A DNA stretch of 58,711 bases, filler included, from Sphacelaria rigidula (taxonomy: Eukaryota): the NCBI GenBank assembly GCA_964200075.2. It is 6 parts of 6 records of this genome, joined end to end, with 100 filler letters (N's around TTAATTAATTAA, not from the genome) between each part and the next. Parts side by side here need not be neighbours in the genome. Positions count along the whole stretch, not along the records: positions 1 to 9,703 come from CAXNAA020007931.1; positions 9,804 to 19,506 come from CAXNAA020007932.1; 4 more parts are not named here. One strand, 5' to 3'. The position numbers were made by a program, and so were the translations under genes. Position 1 is the stretch's first letter; each line of letters begins with the position of its first letter. The notes below the pieces were generated by a model. That model worked only from the letters and a program-made list of their open reading frames with translations. It was not told where the DNA came from and searched no databases. Below are positions 1-12,482 of the stretch, in pieces.

Positions 1-107
1 AGCCGATGCCCGTGGGACCGGGGCTGCTCAACCTCGGCAACAAACGTCGTACACCACACGTCGTTTGTTGCCGAGGTTGAGCAGCCCCGGTCCCACGGGC
101 ATCGGCT
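1..107. repeat. Perfect inverted repeat (46-bp arms, 15-nt spacer) at scaffold start
   Basis: 1-46 AGCCGATGCC...CAACAAACG is the exact reverse complement of 62-107 CGTTTGTTG...GGCATCGGCT. Confidence 0.95.
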
Positions 108-189
108 CCCTCCACGTCAGCGAAGTCTTGACACTCACCTCTGGGAATAGTCCCTGCAGCATGCACCATGGTGAGCACGAAGTATTCTT

Positions 190-655
190 CAGTTAAAATA
201 GGGTGAAGAGTGGGAGTTTCAAACATCGTGCATTATGGGGCATTTCGCTGCACCCTAGACACCTTGTTCGAGAAATGGATGATTTTTCAACTACACCATT
301 CTGGACGTGCATGAAGCTTGTGCCACAGTATGTAGAAATGGATTGTGGGAAGTTGTGGAAAGCTGGGATCAGAGAAAATATGTGGAGAATGGTGAAAAAG
401 ATGACAGAATGTGCCAAAAGTGCAATGATGCTAGACGGGGAAATATCGAGTTATTTTGATATTACAATGAGCTGCACAAGGATGTACGTCATCACCCACT
501 TTATTCAAAGGTATTCATGAATGACTTGATAATAGCAAGAGACGCAGCAAAGCAAGGGGTCAAGGTGAGTGAAGATATGGTATGGGGATTGATGTTCGCG
601 GATGATTTTGTGGGGATTACACAAACAGTTTGACAAGGCGCTAGAGTACACCATT
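190..655 (+). pseudogene. Degenerate non-LTR retrotransposon (LINE) reverse transcriptase fragment
   Basis: Frameshifted translation gives KLWKAGIRENMWRMVKKMTECAKSAMMLDGEISSYFDI, then ...GLMFADDFVGI (RT catalytic [Y/F]ADD motif at ~592-618) and ...KALEY; multiple frameshifts. Confidence 0.85.
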
Positions 656-2738
656 CAGTAGACTTCACCACTCGGTAGTTGACGGATAGTTCTCGGAAAT
701 TTCCGGTTTGTGGACAGGTGCAGTGTTGGATTTTAGTGTGGACACCGAAATTCGGATCTTTGGAGGGCGCTATGCCCCTGGCGTGCTCCTAGCGTACGCA
801 GCACGCGTTTTTGTCTAATTCGGCGCCTGCGGCGCCAATTTGAGGTCTGGCAACGCACACTTTGCCTAGAGAACACGTTGCACCTCCCTTGCCCGAGGGT
901 TCTCGGTATGTCTTCCTTGAGGTTGGGGTTAGGGTTAGATATACGGGGGGTTGACAGAGGGGATAGGCATGAGAGCATATTTGGGTCAGGGTTAGGCCTA
1001 GCCCCTAGGAACTATATAAATACATATTTATATTTGATGGGAGTACTGATCCAGTGCCCAAAATCATACTTTGAAGAAGACGCCGAATAGGTTGATTCCT
1101 TGACACCACAGAGTCGTCTAGAGGTTGGGAGGGAGAGCGGTTGAACGTTCAACGCTGTTCCGATTGATTGATTGATTAAAGGTAATGCATCGTGAATCCG
1201 CTCGTAGTGGGAAAACAGCAATATGAATTCGTCATAGCCCGCCCTCCGTGTATCGCCCTCTACAGCCGAAAGGGGGCGGGGGCTGCGCATGTCAGTGTTA
1301 CGCTATTTTTCACCACATTGCACGGTAGTTGTACCACGCCATCACGCAATGACAACATTCAATTGTCCGCTAGGTCGTACGCGTGGGTGCTCCTAGTCGC
1401 CATCGTCAGTGCACAAATTGCCACCTGGCACAACGTGGGTGAAACACGAACACAACATAGGGAATCTTCCTCGACCTTCCGGGTGTAGGTTTAGTCAAGC
1501 TCTCGGCCTCTAGTTGGCTGCCGAAGTGCTTGTAAACGGCTTTTGAGTAATCAACAATTTTCTTGTGAACGACCGTCGGGGATTTTAGGTGCAAGTTTCT
1601 GCGGGAAATGGTACGACCCCCCTCTATCGAAGGTATACACGCGGGGAAGCTCTCGCCAAAAGACAAAAAAAAAAGTGACAACATGAAGAATGACGTGAAA
1701 GCAAACACAGTTGACGGACATTTGTGCCCCTGAATATGACCTGTATAGCAGTTGCTACAGTATGCATCTGAGTCATAACATATCCGTCGTCTTTGTCCCC
1801 CCCCCCCCACCTCCCTCGTTTCACTTCACCCGTGACTTGAACGACTTCTCGTGAGAGTTGGAAAGCGGTACGGAAAAAAAAAATCCCGTGTTTTCGCTTG
1901 AACAAAAGCATACGTCACTTTTCAATTGTGCACATGATAGACCCGGGCAGGGCACTTTCCATTGGGCGATGGAGTCGCGTGTGGTAAAAATAGGCAGTAG
2001 TGCAAGACAGGAGATATGCGCCGGCGGTGAAAACCTCGATAGCTAGTGATGCCCAATCACGACCACTCTTTGAAGTGACCGCACGTGTGGACGTTTGAGG
2101 CTCTTCTTGGCCCGCACCGAAACGTTGGCACTATTGTATGCGAGAATTAGCCCCAGAACATGGCATAATCGAGAAAATCTGAGCAAGGGTGCCAAAAAAC
2201 TATGTCGTGCGACCTCTTCGTTTCCGTAAGAGGTGGCTTCTATCACGTTGCACATTCAATCTCACAGCTTGAAAAAAGAGAAACGTCAGTGCCCGCCCAA
2301 AGGCCTAAAACAACTCATTTCTCAGCTAAAACTACCACAAGCTCTAGCCTATGTTCTCGCTCCATCTAAGCAGTTCAGATTTTTGTGGTCATCAATGGGT
2401 TTGGACCATTTGTTTTATTCTCTAGCAATTCGTTGCACTTCATCCAGGAAGCCATGTTCTTGGGGGCCAAAATACGACCAACAACGCTCACCACGAACAT
2501 AGCTTTTCACCCCACGTTGCCCCAACAACACGAAATTGGGAAATATTCTCTGTTTATCACCCGCTTCCCTGACCACTATCTACCGACTCTAGCACATTGG
2601 GGTAGAGATGAAAATCATGTACGAAACAATTTCAATGAAGCCATCACCATCACGCACATTAACCCTGCTATGGTCATAACTATCTGACATGGGTTATAAC
2701 GTATATCAAATTTGTTGCGGTGAAAATGTAAACGGCAG

Positions 2739-2873
2739 CTTTTCCCAGCGTCGCCAGAAGGAGACATCGCTCGAGTGATGGAAGACTACATCGCTGGGGT
2801 ACCTGCAGAGGGGCTTGTTCGGCTCCCTGAAATGTTCGACGCCTTGCTGGATATGCAAGACTTTGTGAAGGAG
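2739..2873 (+). CDS. Candidate internal exon (135 nt, phase 0-0) of an unknown host gene: LFPASPEGDIARVMEDYIAGVPAEGLVRLPEMFDALLDMQDFVKE
   Basis: CAG acceptor 2736-2738, GAG|GTAATC donor, open frame, length divisible by 3, protein-like composition. No homology recognised. Confidence 0.5.
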
Positions 2874-3239
2874 GTAATCGCTGTGATTTTGTTTGATACG
2901 TCCATTGGATTGCTTACTAGATTTAATTGAAATGAATTGATTCGGTTGATTGGTCGGTGAGTTGCACCGTATGAACTGGCCGCGCTACAAACCCTGTCTT
3001 GGTCGCGGGCACAGGATAGAAGTTGGTTTTCCAAGGTTTTCACCCAAAAAATGCAAGAGGAGATAACCAAACGTTGAAAGCCTCGCTTGTACAGTACGTG
3101 TTATACACTTGCGCTTGCTCGTGGGTATCAGTATGTCGGTAGGTCACTTACATACCGAAAAAAGCGTTGTTCGTGGTTACCCGCGTGGCCATACCCATGA
3201 TCTGTGGAGAACATCGCGTGCAGTGCGTCGCTTTCGGGG

Positions 3240-3586
3240 GGGTGTGTGTGTCGTCGTCCCATCTATTCTGGACGCCAGTCTACACCTTTCGGTAGATGTG
3301 GGCGCACCAGCCGGGGTCACACAGGAGGAAGGTCAACACAGGAGTTTTCTTTTTTTTTTTGGTACCCCACCTTCTTTCTGCGGTGCTTGCCTTTATTTTT
3401 TACCGCAAAAGGGGTTGAGTAGTCCCTTCCCCTCGTCGACCGTTAAATCGAATTTTGTGTACCCACGACAGAGTCGCTCTCGACTGTTGGACATGGTGTG
3501 AGGAAAAATCCGCTCTGAGGTTTGAACCCACGACCCAACCGTCAGAGGGTTTCGAGGTTACCGACTGAGCCACCGGGGCGACCGGC
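3240..3586 (-). mobile_element. tRNA-derived SINE
   Basis: Minus-strand head GCCGGTCGCCCCGGTGGCTCAGTCGG...GGTTCAAACC has Pol III A-box (3561-3572) and B-box (3519-3528). The body is repeated in opposite orientation at ~31340-31470 and ends in a (CA)-rich tail. Confidence 0.8.
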
Positions 3587-5687
3587 TTTTCGGGTGAACC
3601 GCGTATTCGCAGGGCTGGCCTTGCACAAATCATTTTGGTCTGTTGAGACGTTGAAGCTTTATATGTATGATCATGTATAGTATCCTTGCTGTACTGGATA
3701 GTGCTGCTGTGTGTTGTTACTTCCAAAACAGTGTTTTTCCATACTCATCGTGCGATAAGTAACTTTGATCAACCCGCTGGACGTGTTTTGAGCCGTTGAG
3801 CGCTTGTAGATGCATGCCTCGGCCGGAGAGTCATTTCCATTTCCAATGTGAATGCAGTGCCTACCCAAAAAGTGGACACGCGTGGGCGGCTACGGGGTAA
3901 ATCCTTTCGCAACTGTCCCGTCCTGTTATCCCATCCCCGGTGCACACGCCTCATTACTTTCAGACGCCTTGAGATGTGGAAAAAAAATACAGAGAAGGAA
4001 TCTTCACCCATATGATACATCCATTCGAAACAGACACGCCGGTGTAGTCGGAGAAGTATAGCACCGCATGCTGTACTAATATCAAATCACTTTTGGCGTT
4101 TGTTGGTGTATGACAGCTGTCACCTTAGAGCCTGGAATATTCATCCATCTCTCTTGATGTACATGATGCGAATCGCCAGGTTCGGCGGTGCAACGTGCCT
4201 ATTACAGTGCAGCACGTCAAGCTTTGTTTCGTGACCCTTGGGACGGTCACGTCCTATACCTATTGTAAGTGCTATATTACGCTCATTTCGCGGCCTCCTA
4301 GGACATGGAGGTGATTCGTGGAAGCTGCCTTGTACTCCTTACGCCACCAGTTCCCTCAGTAAAGCCATCAGGCAGTCAATCGTATTTTCTCTACAGTCGT
4401 GAGGCCTTGCTTGTGTTCAACGTGATCTTTCTCAAGACCACGTCCCAGGGGTTTTCAATTTTTGGCGTCAATGGCAGCAGTGAATCCCGAAGGGGCGCGG
4501 TTGTTCTTGGTCATGGGTCACATCCCCCCCTCTGAACAAGTCTGGAACAGTTTGATAGACGACTCGCTTATAAATGGCCCCTGTTTGGAGAAATACATTT
4601 CGTCGACGAGTTGTCTTGGGATGGAAAAAATCCCCGCAAGAAGCAGTGATTGAGTGACTTGCCCAAAAACGCGGGTGAAGTGCTTTTCTGGAAGTGTAAA
4701 AACGTAGATTAAATAGCAGGGGTGGTCATGTACAAGGCAATGAAGTCCTCATTTGTTGTACCCAGAGATACTGTTCCCGGAGACCGCATCACCAGGCGGG
4801 AACTCTCCTTCCAATCACTGAGACACCCACCCCTTGGGCAGGCAGCTTGAAGGAAATAGAGAAAAACTCGACTCGCGTAGTCCAATACTTGGAGTATAAT
4901 TGAATTGACGCTTGGTAGAAGCGGATGGGAAACGTTCAATACGCTCAGTATTGTCTCCCTTCCTCAGTCCCTTTGGGGCCAGTGGCTGCTCACCCATGTA
5001 CACAGGGTTTTGGTGTTCCCGCGGATCTTGGTCAGGAGAGGCGGTGGTCGTGGCAGCGTCGCGGATGTGGACGTCGCTGAAGCTCGCTCTCTCGCTAGAC
5101 ACCGATCCCCATGTGAAACGGCGAATAACACACCGGTGTACCTGTCTATTTGTTTGTCCAGGGTATTCTGCCCAGTGGCTTCCTAATTGGGTTCAGTAGG
5201 AAATCCGAGTAAAGATGCGGGGAGCACCGTGCTTTGTCACGCAGTATTCCCTCTTTTTCCTATGTGGACACAGCGATACAAATGTGTTGGGCGCTCACGT
5301 CGTATTTTGAATGAACAAGGTCGACCTTGTAATCGTGTGATCTCGAACGCGAAACTTCCCAAAGGCCGTTTGTTCCTTCTGCAGTCCGGCCTCTAAAGAG
5401 TGGAGAAGGACTCCCCCGTCTGAAGATACGTATCCCGTAACTGAGGTCCACACGCCTACACATCTAGAATGAAGTTCACTCGAGGGTGCCGTCAATATAT
5501 TGTCACGTGCTTTTCTCACTTTTGATGAAAAATCCCGAAATAAAAGCGTCAACCCGCCTCCTCGATTCATACTTCTGCTTCAGGAAATTCCCTCAAGAAG
5601 ATTTCGGGGCCTAAGCTCGTTTTAACGAGAATGTGTAAACCGTCCTTTCGCTTGCGCTCCGGCTAAGGCGTTTCAATTCATTAGATC

Positions 5688-5910
5688 AGAGTAGAGTAGA
5701 GTAGATGAGGTTTATTACCGCTCATCGAGTGACAGTGATTCGCTGCGAACCCAGCTGGGGTTACAATATGAAGGTGAAGGTACCCGAGGCACAGTAAACG
5801 GAGTACGCGCTACAAGTACGGAACCCCGAGAAGAGAGAAGGCGAGAATGCAACCGCAGGAAAGGAAACAGAGAGTCGGGCTACGGTAGGGGCGCACGGTT
5901 TTGGCTAGGA
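5688..5910 (-). mobile_element. 3' end of a LINE/SINE with (CTACT)n tail
   Basis: Minus strand reads AATAAACCTCAT-CTACT-CTACT-CTACT-CT: a poly(A)-signal-like hexamer followed by a short tandem tail typical of RTE-like 3' ends. Confidence 0.6.
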
Positions 5911-6114
5911 CGTGTGTGAGATATCTTCACATTATGAAACGAAACAATGGCATTTTGTTTTGTCACATTTTGTGATGTTTACCTGCGAGAGCATCTACTC
6001 ACGTCCAGACGCAACTCGTCCTAACTGCACTTGAGTGAGTGCGCAATGAGTCTCGATGTAGCTCGAGTACGATGACAGACAATAGAACACCAAAAGCACT
6101 GCAGTAAATTAAAG

Positions 6115-6163
6115 GTGAGGAGGGAGGATGACTCAGGGGCTAAGAGCTGGTACCGGTCCCGAG
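6115..6163 (+). CDS. Candidate penultimate exon (VRREDDSGAKSWYRSRG)
   Basis: Donor G|GTAAAT at 6163/6164 ends in phase 1 and matches the next exon. The acceptor is ambiguous (AAG 6112-6114 or CAG 6102-6104). Confidence 0.35.
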
Positions 6164-6465
6164 GTAAATATGCTGCAATGTATTATAAAGCTAAAGCTCC
6201 TGAAATGATTTATTCGGACGACACATGTGTATACTTCGTTATTATGTGTCCAACGCGATGGTATACTGTAGTGAATAGACCGTGCGCCCCGTGGTCCGTT
6301 CGACATGTCATGAAGGTTTAGCACCAACTATTGTGGGCGCGGCAAATCACTGCGATATACCGTACTCGTAGTACAATCATGCCGAACGGGCAACCCAGCG
6401 CGCTTTTGTGCTACCCTCAACAGTAACCGTGTAGAAGCAAAGAACGGTAATCGAGAGTCATTGAC

Positions 6466-6720
6466 CTGATTGATTGCCGCGCATCAATCGATCCCGGACG
6501 GACTCAGTCGTGGTTGCTTTACGTACCCAGAGGAAGCAAACACCAAGACGGAAACGCTCGCTGAAAAGAAAAAGTGAAGACGACAAGAAGATCAACAAAC
6601 GGAGTAAACTGAAGAAATGCCAACGCCATCGTCAAACAACTCCCAAACCAACTAGGACAGGGAAGGGGGAAATGGAATGTCTACTTGGAAGTCACCCGAT
6701 CCCGAAACGTATCTCAATAC
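6466..6720 (-). mobile_element. 3' end of LINE family with (AATC)n tail
   Basis: TGATTGATTG followed by ...CGTACCCAG...ACGCTCGCT...AAAAG, similar to the copies at 14931 and 49297. Confidence 0.5.
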
Positions 6721-6782
6721 GGTATGTCGCCCTGCTCGTTGAAATGTGCTCGTATTAACTGTTTTTGTTCAATTCTTCACAG

Positions 6783-6829
6783 GCGATCCTGACAAATGGG
6801 GACGAGATTTTGCTATGGGAACGGACTGA
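6783..6829 (+). CDS. Candidate terminal exon (GDPDKWGRDFAMGTD*)
   Basis: Pyrimidine tract plus CAG acceptor at 6780-6782; phase-1 start is compatible with 6115-6163; TGA at 6827-6829. Confidence 0.35.
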
Positions 6830-7590
6830 GGTCATAATGTGATCCGTTAATATGCCTCGTACCCGTCAAAGGTTCCCTCAATATATACGACACTGCACCT
6901 AGCTTTTGTAGTCACCGTCAAAGGTCTCCTTTGAGGCAACCTTCTCAATGTATTGGGTGCAATATAACTCACAATGTCGACCTCAGTTCGGCCTCATGGG
7001 AAAATCTTGTTCCCATTTTTTAGGATCGCCTGTTACTCACGATATACAGAGGTTGAGAAGCCGTGATTTGTATATGTCGCCGAAAGGGAATGCTCTGTCC
7101 CGTTTGAATCAAGTAGACCGCTGTTTGTTTACTACTAGAGTGCAGTGAAGAGCGAGTAGGCGACGTTTTGTTGTTAATCGGTCGATGGACGTACTCTTTC
7201 ATGAGTTGCTGCATTCATTTATCGGAAAATGTCGTTTGTTTGGTTGATGGTTGCCCGATTTTTCTCTGCATTGCGTTGTTTTAGTCTGGGCAAAAAACAC
7301 AATCGGCTGCTCTGCTTTGCCGCATCGTACATGTCGAATTTGTCGTATATCATCGCCGTCAAACTAACGCACTTGCATATAAATATAAATGTATGTACAG
7401 TATAACATTTACCCATACTTTCACCCGTCTGTTTCTCGTGGCGATGCATCGTTTTAGGTGTTCGGCAAAGAGGTACACGGCGATGGAGATGCTCCCCCGG
7501 CAAGCATTGCTCCAGAGGTTTTTGTGAATAACATCAGCTCGATCGGGCCAGACTTTCACCGAGGCCGACAGGCAAGTGGCCGCTTTTTAT

Positions 7591-7722
7591 CCCCCCCCCT
7601 GCCGTTTGAGCCTGGTCCGGCGAAAACCTGGCGTGCTCCGTCCCGCCTTTGTAGGGATGCGAGGTCAATGGTCTCATGACTATGGCATGCATGATCATGA
7701 GTACACCCCCCCTGCCGTTTGA
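7591..7722 (-). repeat. Dispersed repeat (subterminal segment of a DNA-transposon/MITE family)
   Basis: The reverse complement GGGGTGTACTCATGATCATGCATGCCATAGTCAT..GACCATTGACCTCGCATC matches 19370-19490 and 57994-58042. Bounded by a 17-bp direct repeat CCCCCCCTGCCGTTTGA. Confidence 0.8.
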
Positions 7723-7787
7723 TCGTGTCCTGACCCGAGAGTTGAACGCATACGTGGCTTGTGGATCGATTCCGATCATTTTTGTCA

Positions 7788-8191
7788 TTGATTATTATAG
7801 CTGATTGATTATTTCACATTAGCTGATTGCAACAATCCAACCCGCGGTCAGGAGCAGCAAGAAAATAGCAGAATGAGAAAGAAGAAAAGGAACAGAAAAA
7901 GACAGAAACAACGATCACAGGAAGGGGAAAAAAAAAGGAAGCAGCGACAACAATAACGGCCATAGCAGCACACACACACACGAACACAAACACAAGCAAC
8001 GACATGATTTTTCTCGCATTATGTAGCTGACTACAAACTATCCAGCTCGTGATCAGAAACAGAAATAATTGGAGGAACATGAAAGAAGTAAATATATAGA
8101 ATAGAACGTAGAGAAAGAAATACAAAAAACCAAAACATACGAAGAAGAAAGAAAAAGACAGAGCCAGGCTCGTTTTCGCGGAACGTGGGGA
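7788..8191 (-). mobile_element. Probable LINE 3' UTR with (AATC)-type tail
   Basis: ATTGATT...CTGATTGATT tail followed by a long A-rich (T-rich on minus) tract resembling the other LINE 3' ends in the window. Confidence 0.4.
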
Positions 8192-8455
8192 GGGGGGGCA
8201 CAAACAAAACAAGAAACAGACAAGGAACCACCAGGAACAAGAGGTGAGCAAATCGTTATCCACAGACCTGGATCTACGACGCATGGAAGTATTCGGAAGG
8301 GACGAAGGGTAACTTGACCGAGCGGGGGGGCACAAACAAAACAAGAAACAGACAAGGAACCACCAGGAACAAGAGGTGAGCAAATCGTTATCCACAGACC
8401 TGGATCTACGACGCATGGAAGTATTCGGAAGGGACGAAGGGTAACTTGACCGAGC
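8192..8455. repeat. Exact tandem duplication, 2 x 132 bp
   Basis: 8192-8323 is identical to 8324-8455 (GGGGGGGCACAAACAAAAC...CTTGACCGAGC). Confidence 0.95.
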
Positions 8456-9703
8456 AAGGCACTACAATCCGTTGTTCACGTCACGTGGCAACTATTTACG
8501 GGACGTTCCACGGATCATGACATGAATATGCATAGGTTCCTCGACGTGTACAATAGCCACTCTTGCCAGCATCTGTGGAACAGTCAAGCACAGGCACACT
8601 TGATCTCACGATAGCCCTCTCTCAGCTATGTCATAATCCATGGAAATCTGCATAGGAGGAGATGAGCAACACCGAGGCTTGCGATATCCATGACGGAGAC
8701 GGGCAGATTCACGTATTGTTTGCAGTGTTTTGACTGTCACAGATCCCGATAAAAGTCGATCCTCATTTAATTCTAGTTGGTACGACCCAAAAACAAAATA
8801 TACACCGTGCTCCGTCCGTCTTAGAGGACATTTCGTTTTCATCTTGTTGCGTCGCGAGTACTCTACAAGCTCGCACAGCGTAGGTAGGTGTACGAGTAGT
8901 GTTGTGTGTGGTGTGCACCGTTGCTGCTGCATCGCTTCGTCCCTGGAAACGACCATCATCCTGGTCGTGTCAATATTCGGCTGTCCGGAATGGGGTCGGA
9001 TCGAAACACGACTTTAACTAAATCGAGCGACCAGCTGCGGAGGGTTGTATCAAGGCATTTGCTGTGCGTACGCGTATCATGAGCCCCCAAAAAGTTACGC
9101 CGGTATTCAAGTATAGATTCAGCGTGTTTATGAGTGCTAGCGTGGCACACGCCAACGTTTGTGTCGGCCCTCTATCCCTTGTGTACTGCTAGCAGTGAGC
9201 ACTCTCCCGGACGTTGGCCTAGCGATCCCCGTGTCTCTTACAACCAGATTTTTTTTCTGGACGATGATCATTCAAGATTCTCACTTTGATGTCCGGGTAG
9301 GGAGGTGGGCTCACGAGAGAGTTGTGGTCGCTTCAAAGATGCTGTTGTCATTCATGTGATGGTTTGCCTTGCACCTGGACAGCCTTGCAAAGTACCGTCT
9401 GGCGAGGCAAGTGCTGTCGTGGAATCACAGTATGGCTTGTGCGATAAAGCCCCATGTTTCCAATATGTGGTGAACATTAGAGTTCTAGATCTAGTGCTGT
9501 ATGCGATGGTGTCTATGAACCCCCAGTCGTTGTTGCACTTGGTGTGAAAACGTAAGAAAGGTGACGAAAGTGTGACCAAGAAAGTGCATCACGGAAGCGT
9601 GGTCGTTATTACCAACTGCAGGCTAAAAAGCCACAGAGTCTCCCCCCCCCCCCCCCCCCCCCACTCCCGCGAACACCCGTAGCGCTGTCCCCGCCCTTCG
9701 TCG

Positions 9704-9803
9704 NNNNNNNNNNNNNNNNNNNNNNNNNNNNNNNNNNNNNNNNNNNNTTAATTAATTAANNNNNNNNNNNNNNNNNNNNNNNNNNNNNNNNNNNNNNNNN
9801 NNN
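9704..9803. other. Artificial scaffold linker (N44-TTAATTAATTAA-N44)
   Basis: 100 nt containing a six-frame stop cassette. Confidence 0.99.
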
Positions 9804-11019
9804 GGTCAAATGACTAAGGCAAGCAACAAATGCGTACGCCCCCCCCCCCCCCCCCCCTTCGTGATCGATGGTACCTGGAACACGGGAACCCTTTCATCAC
9901 TAGTTGCACTGTGTCATCCGAATCGGGTACACTAGCGTGTTCACACTCTCCCTGCATAACCCGGGTGACAGATATTCTCATGATTCGTCTGACGTGTGGA
10001 GAGCAGGACACAGCCAGTGGCGTGGACAAAGTCTCACATGCACCAAGGGTAGTTACTGACATTTGTTGGACGAGTAGATGACCGTCACGCCGCCTACTAT
10101 GTACGCTGCTACCGCCGGCTGCTCAGGTTAGGAGGGTACTAGACGAAGCAATTGCTGTGAGTTATTTTTCGCGTTCTTGCCTAGCCCTTCGTCGGGTTGA
10201 TATGGCTTCGCCGTGTGCTCGCGTGTGAAATGACATGCCCCTACGGGGCCGGGGTTGGTTTCGGTGTTTGGAGCCAAGGCAGCTACTTGAAAGCGAACTG
10301 GGTTAGGAAACACTGGTCTCTTAACTACGCATACGCGTGCGGTAACGTACAGCTGCGTGAAACCCTTAGGCGTACTTTGCTTTTTTTACTTTGACTTGTC
10401 GGTGTCTTTATTTGCTTATTAAATCTTGGTGTTCATGCTCTCTGGCCATCTGTGACTGGTTCAGCCTCACTCGAAATATGATATGCTTACCTGCATGTAC
10501 TCTTGTTCACGCACTGATTGCTCAAGCATTGACATGCGTGAGGGTAGGCGTGCTACACGCGTACATGGCTGAGAAAATGAATCATTCAGTGGGGACGCCC
10601 AACCTTCCCTGGTTCGGTGCGTAGTGACTCCTTCCAAACACCGGGGACTGCAGGGATTGCACTGCAGCTGTGACATGTGCTCGTAACTGCGCATGAATGT
10701 GGCGGCTCGGGTAAGGTAGTGCCTAGGGTGGAGAATAGGCCTCCGGCCAAGCCGGGGGGTACCATCAGCGGTAACGAGCCCCCCGCGGGAGATGGGAAGT
10801 TTGAAGATGCCACGCCATGTTGCGTCCTTTTGCTTTCATTCTTGGCCCATCGATGACTTCCAAAAAGCGAATTCTAAGGTGTGGAGGGAAGCTAGATGTG
10901 ATGCACTGATGCACCCAACACGTGTCCCGCCACGATGCTTACAATACATCTCCTTTTGCTTTACATTATAACTGCATACAGTATATTGCACACCCTGGAC
11001 AGTAGACGGCGTATATTGC

Positions 11020-11430
11020 AATGGCAATACATTCTTCCGCAATGGACGCCAATTTCGACGTCGATAATGACTATCGATCGATAAGTTTCTCTGCCTATTG
11101 TGGTCGGCAATGTCTATTGATCGATCCGTTTCCCAGATTATTGCCCGAGCAGCAGTCCGTTGTGGCCCTTTATCGAAAGCTATTGCCGCCGACCGATGAT
11201 ATCGTAGATAGCTTTCCACATGAATTGATGGTGGCAATGGTCATCGATAGACTGTGTGCCACACCTATTGGTGATAGCGATGGGCTATTGATACATTGTG
11301 TACCAAATCTATTGATGGCGTCAATGGCTATTGATATATTGTGTACCAAATCCGTTGATGCTGGCAATGGCTATCGATATATACACACCATTATCTCCTG
11401 CGGTACGATGCCTATCGATAAGATATAATC
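11020..11430 (+). repeat. Degenerate ~43-bp minisatellite (TGATGGTGGCAATGGCTATCGATAGATTGTGTACCAAATCTAT-like)
   Basis: At least 4 clear units at 11226-11390, with more degenerate units upstream. Confidence 0.75.
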
Positions 11431-11949
11431 TGTCTGTTGTCATACCTACAATGCAAAATACTCTACATTCTACATGTAGAGCGTACACCGTACTCTATTG
11501 AAGTGCGGTGGAGAGGGCGCAGTTGAACAGGCGGTGGGTATGTGATGCTACTGTGAAAATAAAACGTAATTGTTCTCCAAATTCGAAAAAAGTTGTATGT
11601 TGTAGGAATCCGCGACATGTGCAGACAGAAGTATACGAGCTTTGTTGTTGCTCTGTTGTTGGTACTCAGGGTTATCTCTCTGATGGACAAGAGCGCTTAG
11701 AGTACTTTTGTGTGGGTAAAATGTGCTTATATACCCTGGACAAAAGACTGTGTAATAGAACATTGGCGTCACGAAAGACATGAAAATGTGACTGCCAGTG
11801 ACCAATGTCAACCTCAATCGACTGGCATCACGGTCTATCGATAGGTATTGTAGACAACAATAGATTCGGGACAAGGGACGGAATGTATCATTACCGTGGC
11901 CAGGGAGTGGCCAAGTCGTCGATCAATACATGATGTTCATTGTAATTGG

Positions 11950-12150
11950 GTCTTGATTGCGGCCACCAATACAAATTGCTGGTCACAATAGAGTCTTATA
12001 TGCCCTCGCCAATGTTTATTGCTGGTCAGAATAGGACCTGAATCGCGGCCACCACTGTCTATCGCTGGTCACAAGACGATCCGAATCGCGGCCACTAATA
12101 TATATTGCCAGCCATTATAGGAGCTGAATGGCGTCGATCAATAGCCATTG
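11950..12150 (-). repeat. Degenerate ~42-43-bp minisatellite, related to 11020-11430 in inverted orientation
   Basis: Units of the form ATCGCGGCCACCA...TATTGCTGGTCACAATAG...; the reverse-complement core TATTGGTGGCCGCAAT resembles TATTGATGGTGGCAAT of the left array. Confidence 0.65.
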
Positions 12151-12359
12151 ATGCATATTCTTCGGTGGAGGTTTCCCCCTTCTACAAAAGGTATTGCCAT
12201 CTATCGCGTCAGGTGTTTGCAAGTTCATGCGTCAGGATTATTGCGCTTGATGCCGCGAGATCACTGCTGTGGAATATCTCCCTATATATATATATATATA
12301 TGATATCTTAATTCAAACCGCCGATCGCCTATTCGCTCATTTTCCGTGCTGTGTAACAG

Positions 12360-12482
12360 GAAAGAGAGCGATGGACCAAGGCAATCGTCAGGGACGAACT
12401 CAAGCGCCCGGCTGATATAAGCGAGATGTTTCTCAAGGATTGGGAACACCAGGAGGAGAAGGATCGAACACGTCAGCTCCAG
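12360..12482 (+). CDS. Candidate exon (123 nt, phase 0-0): ERERWTKAIVRDELKRPADISEMFLKDWEHQEEKDRTRQLQ
   Basis: CAG acceptor 12357-12359, CAG|GTGATG donor, open frame, charged helical composition. Confidence 0.45.

Noticed and set aside
3510-3586. Functional tRNA gene
   Set aside because: A and B boxes are present, but I could not form a proper acceptor stem and the head runs into a dispersed repeat body, so it is a SINE head.
7814-8416. 200-aa hydrophobic 'membrane protein' ORF
   Set aside because: It is an artefact of a T-rich low-complexity tract plus the 132-bp duplication.
9748-9759. TTAATTAATTAA as a biological motif
   Set aside because: It is a synthetic six-frame stop cassette repeated in every linker.
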